This document shows positions 1 to 8,610 of a DNA stretch of 29,452 bases, piece after piece. The position numbers and the translations under genes were made by a program. The first letter of the stretch is position 1. The number at the start of each line of letters is the position of its first letter. Location of the stretch: positions 1-29,452 of IMG/VR virus record IMGVR_UViG_3300033067_002559; one strand, given 5' to 3'. The stretch is from a virus (taxonomy: Duplodnaviria; Caudoviricetes). The notes under the pieces are model-generated. The model worked only from the letters and a program-made list of their open reading frames with translations. It was not told where the DNA came from and searched no databases.

Positions 1-216
1 GTCGCCGACCAGGACGGCGCGGCGCTCGCGACCGGCTGCGCGCTCGTCGTGGGCTACCCGCTGCTCTACGGCGTCACGGACGCGCGCCGCCCCGCGGGCG
101 ACCTCGCCGTCATCGATCTGACCGGCGCACGCGACGTCGATCCGGGCTTCGCGGACCTCGGGGCAAGATTCCAACTCGTCTACTACACGCAGGCCGACGG
201 GGCCGACGCGGCGTGA
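1..216 (+). CDS. Partial baseplate plug-like protein (5' truncated)
   Basis: Frame 1 is open from base 1 (…DLGARFQLVYY…) to TGA at 214-216, with a GTGA overlap into the hub gene. Position and C-terminal motif fit the small gene that precedes the hub. Confidence 0.65.
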   Translation, partial: VADQDGAALATGCALVVGYPLLYGVTDARRPAGDLAVIDLTGARDVDPGFADLGARFQLVYYTQADGADAA

Positions 217-1037
217 GCGAGCTCTGGCGCCACGTCTGGCGGGTCACGGTCGGCACGCTGCAGAGCGAGGCGATCGACGTGCAGTTCAAGGTCGTGCGCT
301 CGCTGCGCGCGACGCCGGGCACGTGCGAGCTCACGGTCTTCAACCTCACCGAGACCCACCGCCGCGAGGCGCAGGCGGCGCGCCGGCCGCTGGTGCGCGT
401 CGAGGCCGGCCACGCGAGCACCGGCACGTCGCTGCTCTTCCAGGGCAACGCGCGCCACGTCACGGTCGAGCGCGACGGGCCCGACTGGCTCACCAAGCTC
501 ACGGCGGGCGACGGCGTCTACGCGATCCAGACGGCGCGCGCGGCGCGGGCGTTCGGCCCCGACTCGCGCGTCGAAGAGGTCGCGCGCTACCTCGCCGACG
601 CGATGGGCGTCGGGCCCGGCAACATCCTGCAGGCGCTGCAGAACGCGCGGCTCGACCGGCTCGGCGACACGTTCCCGCAGGGCACCGCGCTGCACGGCTA
701 CGCCGAGCGCGAGCTGACCGCGCTGCTCAACGCGTCGGGCCTCACGTGGTCGGTCCAGCACGGCGTGCTCCAGGTCCTGCCGCGCGGCCGCGCGCTCGCG
801 ACGACGGCCGTGCGCCTCGCGCCGAGCACCGGCCTCGTCGGCTCGCCGAGCGCCGGGCAGCACGGCGTGGTCAAGGTCAAGGCGCTGCTGATCCCCGACC
901 TGGTGCCCGGCCGCCTCGTGCACGTCGAGAGCGCGGCGTTCGCCGGGGACTACCGGATCGAGCGCGCGGAGTACACCGGCGACACGCGCGGCGGCGACTG
1001 GACCGCGAGCCTCGACGTGCGAAGGGTGGCCCACTGA
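213..1037 (+). CDS. Baseplate hub protein (gp27/late control D-like)
   Basis: 274 aa. Motifs 'ELTVFNL', 'LLFQG', 'WSVQHGVLQV', 'TGLVGSP', 'YTGDTRGGDW' are typical of myophage hub proteins. High GC3. Confidence 0.8.
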   Translation: MSELWRHVWRVTVGTLQSEAIDVQFKVVRSLRATPGTCELTVFNLTETHRREAQAARRPLVRVEAGHASTGTSLLFQGNARHVTVERDGPDWLTKLTAGDGVYAIQTARAARAFGPDSRVEEVARYLADAMGVGPGNILQALQNARLDRLGDTFPQGTALHGYAERELTALLNASGLTWSVQHGVLQVLPRGRALATTAVRLAPSTGLVGSPSAGQHGVVKVKALLIPDLVPGRLVHVESAAFAGDYRIERAEYTGDTRGGDWTASLDVRRVAH

Positions 1038-1873
1038 TGCCGAGCCAGGAGCGACCGACGACGCCGGACCTCGGCGACGTGATTCAGGCGTGGATCGAGC
1101 GGTACCTCGAGGACGTCCACACGGCGTTCGTCGGGCGCATCGTGGCCTACGACGCCAGCACCCAGAAGGCCGACGTCCAGCCGATGGCGCGCGAGCCGCG
1201 CCAGCTCGACGACGGCAGCTACACCTTCGACGCGCTGCCGATCCTGCCGGCGGTGAGCGTCGTGCAGCCGCGCACGCACGGGTGGGCGCTGGCCCTCCCG
1301 GTCGACGTCGGCGACTCGGTGCTCGTGGTCTGCCAGCAGACGAGCCCCGGCCCGTGGGAGTCGGGCGACGGGACGCAGGTGACCGACCCGGGCGCGGACG
1401 TCCGGCGGCACTCGCTCGCACATGCCGTGGCTCTTGTGGGGTACCTGCCTGTCCTCAAGAAGCTCTCGCACGTGGCCCCCGCGCCCGGCACGTGGCCCGC
1501 GAGCGCGGGCGCGCAGCCGAACGAGCTGGGCGACGGCACGCACGCCCCGGGCATCGTGCTGGGCGCGCAGGACACCGACGGCCCGCGGCTGGCGATCTGC
1601 CAGGACCCGACGACGCGCCAGAGCTACGTGGCTGTTACGGTCAACGGCGTGGCGCTCCTGCGTATCGACGCGGACGGCAAGGTGCACGCTGGCGGATTCC
1701 CAGCGGCGGACTTCGTGGCCCTTGCGGCGAAGGTCGACCAGGTCTTCACCGACCTGAAGAACATCTTCGATAACTGGACGGTCGTCCCGAACGACGGCGG
1801 CCAGGCGCTGAAGACGCTCCTTGCCGGGTGGACTCCCGCGACCGTGCGCGCCGCCAAGCTGCGCGGGACCTAG
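1037..1873 (+). CDS. Baseplate central spike (Gp138/gpV-like)
   Basis: ATG at 1037 overlaps the hub stop (TGATG). 'VHTAFVGRIVAYD…ADVQP…LPVDVGDSVLVV…RRHSLAHAV' matches the Gp138 N-terminal OB-fold pattern. Confidence 0.8.
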   Translation: MPSQERPTTPDLGDVIQAWIERYLEDVHTAFVGRIVAYDASTQKADVQPMAREPRQLDDGSYTFDALPILPAVSVVQPRTHGWALALPVDVGDSVLVVCQQTSPGPWESGDGTQVTDPGADVRRHSLAHAVALVGYLPVLKKLSHVAPAPGTWPASAGAQPNELGDGTHAPGIVLGAQDTDGPRLAICQDPTTRQSYVAVTVNGVALLRIDADGKVHAGGFPAADFVALAAKVDQVFTDLKNIFDNWTVVPNDGGQALKTLLAGWTPATVRAAKLRGT

Positions 1874-2304
1874 TGCATCCAGATCCGCGCAGTCTGTCCG
1901 CGATCGTTGTCGGCACCGCAGTACACCTCGATACGTCCGGGACGCATCCAGACGGACGGGTTGTTGTTGCAGGTGGCGCCCGCGACGCCGAAGGACCCGC
2001 CGGTGAAGCCGCACGAGGCTCCTGTGCATGACAGCCCGCAAACGCGGGCGGTCACGGCACCGCCGTTTGCGGGGTCGAACCCGGCGACGTCAAAGCCAGC
2101 ATAGTAGTAGCGCGCACCCGCGTCGGTCGTGATCGGGGTGCAGTCCGCCTGCATCGCGACGGGGCCGGTGGATCCTCCGTCCACGTTCTGCGCGTGGGCG
2201 TCGTTGCCGCCGTCGCTCCCACCCATCGCCCCGCTGCACGCCACGAACGCCCCGTGAATCGCGAAGCCGCCCACCAGCACCGCAACCGCCGTCTGCCACC
2301 GCAT
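1870..2304 (-). CDS. Cys-rich secreted lipoprotein (moron-like)
   Basis: ATG at 2304 with SD GGAGGT at 2316-2311. MRWQTAVAVLVGGFAIHGAFVAC gives a signal peptide and lipobox. 144 aa with further Cys residues. Confidence 0.7.
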   Translation of the reverse strand: MRWQTAVAVLVGGFAIHGAFVACSGAMGGSDGGNDAHAQNVDGGSTGPVAMQADCTPITTDAGARYYYAGFDVAGFDPANGGAVTARVCGLSCTGASCGFTGGSFGVAGATCNNNPSVWMRPGRIEVYCGADNDRGQTARIWMH

Positions 2305-2312
2305 GCTGTCAC

Positions 2313-2415
2313 CTCCGGGCGGATGGTCGAGCTCTCGCAGGGGTGTACGCAACCGCTGCGTGGTTCCCGCCCTCCGGATCGCAGCCATCCCCAGGGGTGA
2401 ACCATCCGGCCGGAG
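2313..2415. repeat. 15-bp inverted repeat (1 mismatch) overlapping the lipoprotein SD
   Basis: ctccgggcggatggt (2313-2327) versus accatccggccggag (2401-2415). Confidence 0.75.
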
Positions 2416-2453
2416 CGCGCAAAACCCAGGCGATTGCAGCCCTTCGCGACGGT

Positions 2454-2472
2454 GTCCCGGCCTTTCGTGCCA
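2454..2472 (+). repeat. 19-bp direct repeat, copy 1
   Basis: gtcccggcctttcgtgcca, identical to 3630-3648. Confidence 0.9.
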
Positions 2473-2529
2473 CCCGGCCATCGCGCGTTCGCGCCGCAAC
2501 GCCAAGGCTTGCGCGTGGAGGTTCCGACC

Positions 2530-2757
2530 ATGACCACGAAACGCCCGATCGACACGGCGACCGCACAGCGGCTCGTCGCGTGGATCCACAAGCAGGGGGG
2601 CGCGGCCGCCGCCGCCGCAGGCCTCAGCATCTCGCCGCGCACGCTCGCCCGCGCGCTGGCCGGCCAGGCCGTGCTGGCCATCACCGCCGCCGCGCTCGAG
2701 CGCGTCGTCGCCGAGAAGAAGTCCGCCGCGAAGGAGAAGACCGATGCCGCACACTGA
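2530..2757 (+). CDS. Small Cro-like HTH DNA-binding protein
   Basis: SD GGAGG precedes ATG at 2530. 'GGAAAAAAGLSISPRTLARALAG' is an HTH pattern. 75 aa. Confidence 0.6.
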   Translation: MTTKRPIDTATAQRLVAWIHKQGGAAAAAAGLSISPRTLARALAGQAVLAITAAALERVVAEKKSAAKEKTDAAH

Positions 2758-3616
2758 CTGGAAGGTCGCCGACGCGACCACCCCGCTCGTCTCGCCCGTC
2801 GTGGGCGAGGGCGCCGATGCCCACCGCCTCGTGCGCGTGGGCGAGTGGCAGTTCACGCACTGGCTCGCGTGCGAGGACGGCGAGCCGCGCATGCGCGATA
2901 TCGACGGCGCCGAGCGGCTCGGGTTCAAGGAGCCGCGAATGGTCCGCAAGCTCATCCGGCGCACGTTCGGTGAGAATCTCCCGGGGATTTACGAGCGTTC
3001 CACGGTGGAACGCTCGCAGACGCCCACGGGCGGGGCGCGCGAGTACGAGGTCACCGAGTACTGGCTCACCGAAGCGCAGTGGCTGAAGGTCATCGCGCGG
3101 TGCCGCACCGACGTCGCCGAGGCGATCCTCGACGACATGATCCGCGTGTACATGCTCGCGCGCCGCGGCCTGCTGCCCGGACACGCGGGCCCGATGGTGG
3201 ATATCGTGGCCGCGCTCCGCGACGCGCTCGCGCCGCTCACGCAGACCGTGACCGCGCACGCCACGGCGCTCGCCGGGTTGGTCGAGCGCGTCGACAAGAT
3301 GCAGGCGCGGCTCGACGCCGGGACGTACCCGCACGGCCTGCTCGGCGATGCCGAGGCTCGCAAGATCCTCGACGGCGTGGCGAGCGCAGCCGACTGCTAC
3401 CACGCGCGCAAGACGCGCCCGTGGACCGCGAAGCGCAAAGAGCTCGAGCTCAAGGTCAAGCGCGCCGCGCAGTGGAACGACCGCGCACTGGCGATGCAGA
3501 ACCCCGCCGGCCTGACCGCCGCGTGGCAGAAGCTCGGTGAGCTCACGGCCGAGGCGCGCGCTCACCTCGCGGCCCACGGCGATCCGCGCCAGACGTCCCT
3601 CCCGCTCGCGAACTAG
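2744..3616 (+). CDS. Antirepressor/Rha-like regulatory protein
   Basis: 'EPRMRDIDGAERLGF…VRKLIRR…EYWLTEAQ…RTDVAEAILDDMIRVY' resembles phage antirepressor N-terminal domains and is followed by a coiled coil. Confidence 0.65.
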   Translation: MPHTDWKVADATTPLVSPVVGEGADAHRLVRVGEWQFTHWLACEDGEPRMRDIDGAERLGFKEPRMVRKLIRRTFGENLPGIYERSTVERSQTPTGGAREYEVTEYWLTEAQWLKVIARCRTDVAEAILDDMIRVYMLARRGLLPGHAGPMVDIVAALRDALAPLTQTVTAHATALAGLVERVDKMQARLDAGTYPHGLLGDAEARKILDGVASAADCYHARKTRPWTAKRKELELKVKRAAQWNDRALAMQNPAGLTAAWQKLGELTAEARAHLAAHGDPRQTSLPLAN

Positions 3617-3629
3617 CCCCCGCCGCAGC

Positions 3630-3648
3630 GTCCCGGCCTTTCGTGCCA
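3630..3648 (+). repeat. 19-bp direct repeat, copy 2
   Basis: gtcccggcctttcgtgcca, identical to 2454-2472. Confidence 0.9.
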
Positions 3649-3691
3649 ACCGCGGGCTGTGTAGCCCACCGCAGAGGGCCACGCTGGGTGC

Positions 3692-4063
3692 GTGAGATCG
3701 CTCGCGCTCGACCCCGTGACGGGCAAGCTCCTGCTGGAGAACGGGCGCGCGCGCCTCACGACGCCCGGCGCCGAGAGCGTCGGCCAGCGGCTGCGCTGGC
3801 GCTTCCGGCTGTGGCTCGGGGAGTACGGCCTGGACACGACGCAGGGCGTGCCGTACCGCGCGCTGCTCGGGCGGAAGAACGTGCTGGCGTCGATGACCCG
3901 CACGCTGCGCCGGGTCGCGGAGACCTGTCCCGGGCTCGCGCGGCTCGACGCGTTCCGCGTGGACCTCGATCGGCGCACGCGCGCGGCGACGGTCACGCTC
4001 GCGGGCCGCGCGACGACCGGCGAGCCCGTCACGCTCGACGCCTACGCGCTCGGGGTGCTCTGA
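3692..4063 (+). CDS. Baseplate wedge/sheath initiator (gp25/W-like)
   Basis: 123 aa containing 'QRLRWRFRLWLGEYGLDTTQGVPY'; lies directly before baseplate J. Confidence 0.75.
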   Translation: MRSLALDPVTGKLLLENGRARLTTPGAESVGQRLRWRFRLWLGEYGLDTTQGVPYRALLGRKNVLASMTRTLRRVAETCPGLARLDAFRVDLDRRTRAATVTLAGRATTGEPVTLDAYALGVL

Positions 4064-5283
4064 TGGCCGGCCTCGACGCCACTGGGCTGACGATCAAGAC
4101 GGTCGAGCAGCTGAAGAGCGAGATCGAGACGCAGCAGCGCTCGGACATCGCCGACGACCTCGACACGTCCGCGGAGAGCCCGATCGGGCAGCTCAATGGC
4201 ACGATCATCCCGAAGCTCGCCGAGCTGTGGGAGCTGGGTCGCGTGCTCTACCAGGCACGCGTGCCCGGCGGCGCGTCGTTCGCGGCGCTCGACGGCCAGT
4301 GCCGCCTGACCGGCACGACGCGCAAGCCCGCGCGCAAGGGCAAGGTCCGGCTCACGCTCACGGTCGCGGCGAGCACGACGATCCCGGCGGGCGCCGTCGC
4401 CCAGGTCCTCGGTCAGCCCGACAACCGCTGGGTGACCCTCGAGGATGCCGTCAACGCAACGGGCATCTCGGCGAGCGTCACGGTGCGCGCCGAGGCGCAG
4501 ACGGCGGGCCCGTTCGTCGCGAACGCCGGCACCATCACCGTGATCGCGACGCCGGTCGCGGGGTGGACGGGCGTGACCAACGGCGCCGACGCCGCGGTCG
4601 GCGACGCGGTGGAGAAGGACCCCGCGCTGCGCGTGCGCCGCGAGCAGGAGCTTTCGGCCGCGGCGAGCACTCCCGTTGACGCGCTGCGCGGCGCCCTGCT
4701 CCGCGTGACCGACGCCGACGGCGAGCGCGTGCTCGCGTCGTGCACCGTCGACCAGAACGAGTCCGCGTTCACGGACAGCATCGGCCGCCCGCCGCACGCC
4801 ATCGAGGCCGTCGTCGAGTTCGTGCCCGGGCTGTCCGGCGCGGACCTCGACGACGCGCGCCAGCGCATCGCGGACGCGATCTGGGCGGGCAAGGCCGGGG
4901 GCATCCCGACGTGGGGCGATCCCGTCGTCGGCCACAGCGCCACGGTGCTCGACTCGCAGTCCGTCGCGCGCCTCGTGCGCTGGACGGAGCCCGCGCTGGT
5001 CCCGATCTACGTGCGGGCGACCGTGCAGCGCGACCGCGCGAGCTACGCCGGCGACGCCGCGGTCAAGCAGGCCGCGGTGGACTACGGTGCGACGCGGCGC
5101 CTCGGCGACGACGTGGTGCTCTCGAAGCTCGATGGTCGCCTCGTCAGCGTCGCCGGCGTCGACGACCTGGTGGAGCTGCTGATCGGCACGAGTCCCTCCG
5201 TGCTCCGACCCGCGAACGTGTTCATCGGCCCGCGCCAGCGCGCGAGCTTCGACACCAGCCGCGTGACCGTGGTGGTGCTCTGA
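4063..5283 (+). CDS. Baseplate J/gp47 family protein
   Basis: TGATG-coupled start. Motifs 'ESPIGQLNG', 'LDGQCRLTGTTRK', 'TPVAGWTGVTN', 'EKDPALRVR', 'PPHAIEAVV', 'KAGGIPTWG'. Confidence 0.9.
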   Translation: MAGLDATGLTIKTVEQLKSEIETQQRSDIADDLDTSAESPIGQLNGTIIPKLAELWELGRVLYQARVPGGASFAALDGQCRLTGTTRKPARKGKVRLTLTVAASTTIPAGAVAQVLGQPDNRWVTLEDAVNATGISASVTVRAEAQTAGPFVANAGTITVIATPVAGWTGVTNGADAAVGDAVEKDPALRVRREQELSAAASTPVDALRGALLRVTDADGERVLASCTVDQNESAFTDSIGRPPHAIEAVVEFVPGLSGADLDDARQRIADAIWAGKAGGIPTWGDPVVGHSATVLDSQSVARLVRWTEPALVPIYVRATVQRDRASYAGDAAVKQAAVDYGATRRLGDDVVLSKLDGRLVSVAGVDDLVELLIGTSPSVLRPANVFIGPRQRASFDTSRVTVVVL

Positions 5284-5927
5284 TGCCTATCGAGCAGGAG
5301 CCCGATCGCATCACCGCGCACGCGAAGATCGTCGATCACGTCGAGGGCGGCCTCGCGCTGTTCATGCGCGAGATGGCCAAGCTCGAAGATCCCGTCGCGC
5401 TCGCGCGCGCATGGCTCGCGCAGGCGCAGGACATCGAGGACGCGTTCTGGGACCTGCTGCTGCAGGCCGACCTGGAGAACGCGATCGGCGCGCAGCTCGA
5501 TCAGGTCGGCGAGTTCGTGCAGCTCGCGCGCGGCGTGCTCGACGACGCGCTGTATCGCCCGCTGTTGCGCGCCGGCATCCGCGCCCGCCGCTCGAACGGG
5601 ACCAGCGAGGACCTGATCGCGATCGCGACGCTCGCGCTGCAGGGGACCGGCATCACGTTCTCGCTCCGCGAGGGCCACGGGTCCGCGGTGGTCGAACCGC
5701 ACGCGTTCCTGCCCGAGGGATTCGCCGACGTGTTCCTCCGCGTGCTCCGCCTCGGCAAGGCCGGCGGGGTGCAGCTGCAGCTCTTCACGCCGCCGACCGG
5801 GGAGCTCGAGGGTGGGCTCTTCACCTTCGCGCCCGCGGGCTCGCTGCTGCCGACCGCCGACGCCAACCGCGGCTGGGGCGCCGACGCCGGCGGCACGGGC
5901 GGCCACCTGACAGGAGTGCTCGCGTAA
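5283..5927 (+). CDS. Baseplate wedge protein (DUF2612/gpI-like)
   Basis: 'LENAIGAQLDQVGEFV…DDALYRPLLRAGI…SNGT' and 'KAGGV'; follows J. Confidence 0.8.
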   Translation: MPIEQEPDRITAHAKIVDHVEGGLALFMREMAKLEDPVALARAWLAQAQDIEDAFWDLLLQADLENAIGAQLDQVGEFVQLARGVLDDALYRPLLRAGIRARRSNGTSEDLIAIATLALQGTGITFSLREGHGSAVVEPHAFLPEGFADVFLRVLRLGKAGGVQLQLFTPPTGELEGGLFTFAPAGSLLPTADANRGWGADAGGTGGHLTGVLA

Positions 5928-7648
5928 TGCTGCGTCGCCCCGAGCTCGTCCCGCGCTTCGCGACCGACCCGGCCTCCGCCCGGATCGAGATCGCCGAGGA
6001 CACGCGCCAGGCGGGGTTCCTCCCCGACGAGCGCCCGCCCGCGGAGTGGTTCAACTGGCTGTTCAACACGTACGGCCAGTGGATCGACTTCCTGCGCAGC
6101 GGGGGCCTCGCGAACTGGACGCGCGTCGACGTCGACGACGGCGGCGCCGCGGTCGCGCTGATCGGCCTCGCGGCCGACGACCTGACGATCGAGCCCGCGG
6201 CCGGGCCGATCCGGCGCCTCGTCGCGATCGAGGCGGGCAAGATCTGGACGTCGATCCGCAGCGACAGCTGGAAGGCGCAGGGCGTCGGGAACATCTCGGG
6301 GAGCCTCGTCGCGGTCGCGTTCTGCGCCGCGGGCACGCGCTGGCTGGTGATGGGCAGCGACGGCAAGGTCTGGTGGTCGTGGCCCGACGACGGGACGCAC
6401 ACGACCAGCATCGGCAACTCGGGCAACAACTGGAACGCGTCGACGATCGCCGGCGCGCTCACGCTGCGCGGGCTGCGCGTCGGCAGCGACGGCGCGGTGG
6501 TGTGGACCGCGAGCGCGGTCTACTGGAGCGCCGACGGCACGAGCTTCGCCGTGCAGGCCTTCGGCACCGCGCCGACGGGGACGCTGCTGGACGTGGTGTT
6601 CGTCCCCGCGTCGACGTCGACGCCCGCGGGCTGGGTCGCGGTCGCCGACGACGGGAAGCTCTATCGCGCGGCCGGCACCGGCACCGCGACCTGGACGCTG
6701 CTCGGCACGACGCTCCCCGCGTCGGCGTACTGGCGCCTCGAAGCGGACGACGCGGGCCACGTGCTCGCGTACCGCACGACGCCCCCGGGCACGAGCTCGG
6801 ACCTCTACACGTCCAGCGACGGCGGGCAGACGTGGAGCACGCTCGCGTGCCCCGCGCCGTTCGCCACGACGAGCTTCTTCGAGATCCGCTACCTCGACGG
6901 CCTGTGGATCGCGCTCGGCAACGCGCCCCGCGTCGCCGTGAGCAACACGCTCACGGCCACGGGCTGGGGCGTCGTCCGGCTGCCCGTCGTCGAGGCGTGG
7001 AGCGACCGCGGGCCGCGCCACGTCGCGCTCTGCGAGGGCCGGCTCACGCTCACGACGCCGGTCTGGAGCTACGTCTCGACGCGCGCCGAGGACACCAGCC
7101 CCGGGCCGTGGACGCCCGGCAACGTACCCGCGGACCTGCTGGACAGCGCGTACCTGCGCGGCTTCCCGATCGCGGACACCGCGCCGAGCGTCGGCGACGT
7201 GCCGACGTGGGACGGCAGCCACTACGTCCCGACCGCGGGCGGCGGTGGGGGCGGGGGCACGAGCTTCTCGGTCACGCGCACCAACACGACGGGCGTGACG
7301 CTCGCGCAGGGCGCGCCGGTCTACAACGGCAGCGGCAACATCAACCTGGCGCGCGCGAACGCGAGCGCCACCGCGCGCGTGCTGGGCCTCAACAGCGCGT
7401 CGTGCCTCGCCGGCGCGACGGCGACGATCCTCACGCACGGCGTCGCGACGATCGCGGCCAGCGTCCAGACCGGGACGTGGGTCGACGGCGACGAGATCTA
7501 CCTCGACGACGCGACGGCCGGGAAGCTGACCAACGTCGCGCCGACGACGGCGGGGACCTTCGCGCTGCCGGTCGGGACGTGCGTCGGCACGCCCGGCGGC
7601 GGCAGCGCGACGCTCGTGCTGCGCGTCGGCGGAAGGATCGCGAACTAG
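5927..7648 (+). CDS. Tail fibre/receptor-binding protein with beta-propeller
   Basis: N-terminal anchor 'GFLPDERPPAEWFNWLFN', Trp-rich blades with Asp-box motifs (YWSADG, YTSSDGGQTW), poly-Gly hinge, and a C-terminal beta domain 'IYLDDATAGKLTNVAP'. Confidence 0.75.
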   Translation: MLRRPELVPRFATDPASARIEIAEDTRQAGFLPDERPPAEWFNWLFNTYGQWIDFLRSGGLANWTRVDVDDGGAAVALIGLAADDLTIEPAAGPIRRLVAIEAGKIWTSIRSDSWKAQGVGNISGSLVAVAFCAAGTRWLVMGSDGKVWWSWPDDGTHTTSIGNSGNNWNASTIAGALTLRGLRVGSDGAVVWTASAVYWSADGTSFAVQAFGTAPTGTLLDVVFVPASTSTPAGWVAVADDGKLYRAAGTGTATWTLLGTTLPASAYWRLEADDAGHVLAYRTTPPGTSSDLYTSSDGGQTWSTLACPAPFATTSFFEIRYLDGLWIALGNAPRVAVSNTLTATGWGVVRLPVVEAWSDRGPRHVALCEGRLTLTTPVWSYVSTRAEDTSPGPWTPGNVPADLLDSAYLRGFPIADTAPSVGDVPTWDGSHYVPTAGGGGGGGTSFSVTRTNTTGVTLAQGAPVYNGSGNINLARANASATARVLGLNSASCLAGATATILTHGVATIAASVQTGTWVDGDEIYLDDATAGKLTNVAPTTAGTFALPVGTCVGTPGGGSATLVLRVGGRIAN

Positions 7649-7649
7649 C

Positions 7650-8606
7650 ATGCCGAACACGCCCAACAACTACGGCGCGGGCCCGAGCGTCGCGAACCCC
7701 GCGACCGGCGCGTTCGACCTCAACGGCCAGCGGCTCAAGAACCTGCCGCTGCCCGGCGCGGACACCGACGCGGCGCGCGCGCGCGACGTTCCGGCGATCG
7801 TCGCGCGCGCGATGACGATCACCGGCCTGAGCAGCTACGCCGCGACGGCCACGGTCATCGAGGCCAACAGCGTCGGCGCCGTGCCGGTCGACGGGCTGAC
7901 GCCCGCCGTCGACGACCTCGTGATCGTCAACGTCAACAGCAACCTCAGCGCGCACGTCGACAACGGGATCTACCGCGTCACCGTCGTCGGCGACGTCTCG
8001 CACAAGCTCAAGCTCACGCGCGACCCGCGCTTCACGGCGGCCGGCTCGATCTACGCGGGCCTGAGCGTGGTGCTCACCGAGGGGAACTCGATCGGCGCGG
8101 TCGGGGTCCCGGTCACGGTCGCGACGACCGGCGCGATCACGCCCGGCACGACGGCGTTCGCGTGGAACCTGCCGGTCGTGGCGAACCCGCTGATCGCGAC
8201 CCTCAACGCCAACTCGAAGACGATCACGGCCGCGGTGCTGACTAGCAGCACGGTCGGCAGCAGCAGCACGCGCACGACCTACGACGGCGCGACGAAGGTG
8301 CTGTCGTCGTCGCACGGCTCGAGCATCGCTGCGTGCGGCCCGCTCACGCCGCGCCGCTACCTCACGGCCGACACGCTCACGGTCACGATCGACGAGAGCA
8401 CGTGGGTCGATGGCGACACCGTGGAGTTCTGGAGCACGACGGAGAGCAACACCCCGGGGCACACGTTCAGCCTCTCCAGCAGCGGCAAGTTCAAGTTCGC
8501 CAACAGCGGCGGCGCGGGCAGCGGCGTGACCTCGTTCACCTGGCCGACGGGCGCGACGTGCGTGGTGATCACGCGCCTGTCGAGCGGCGTCTACCTCCGG
8601 AGCTGA
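7650..8606 (+). CDS. Tail fibre-associated structural protein
   Basis: 318 aa, Thr/Ser/Gly-rich. 'QRLKNLPLP…DAA' and 'DNGIYRVT…LTRD' are motifs seen in phage fibres. Confidence 0.6.
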   Translation: MPNTPNNYGAGPSVANPATGAFDLNGQRLKNLPLPGADTDAARARDVPAIVARAMTITGLSSYAATATVIEANSVGAVPVDGLTPAVDDLVIVNVNSNLSAHVDNGIYRVTVVGDVSHKLKLTRDPRFTAAGSIYAGLSVVLTEGNSIGAVGVPVTVATTGAITPGTTAFAWNLPVVANPLIATLNANSKTITAAVLTSSTVGSSSTRTTYDGATKVLSSSHGSSIAACGPLTPRRYLTADTLTVTIDESTWVDGDTVEFWSTTESNTPGHTFSLSSSGKFKFANSGGAGSGVTSFTWPTGATCVVITRLSSGVYLRS

Positions 8607-8610
8607 GCCG

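Noticed and set aside
2454-2472. Sigma54 promoter (TGGCACG on the minus strand of the 19-bp repeat)
   Set aside because: No GC at the -12 position with the required GG-N10-GC spacing.
5501-7815. Long alternative-frame and antisense ORFs, here and throughout the window
   Set aside because: Arg/Ala/Pro-rich shadow frames expected at this GC content, with no SD or motifs.
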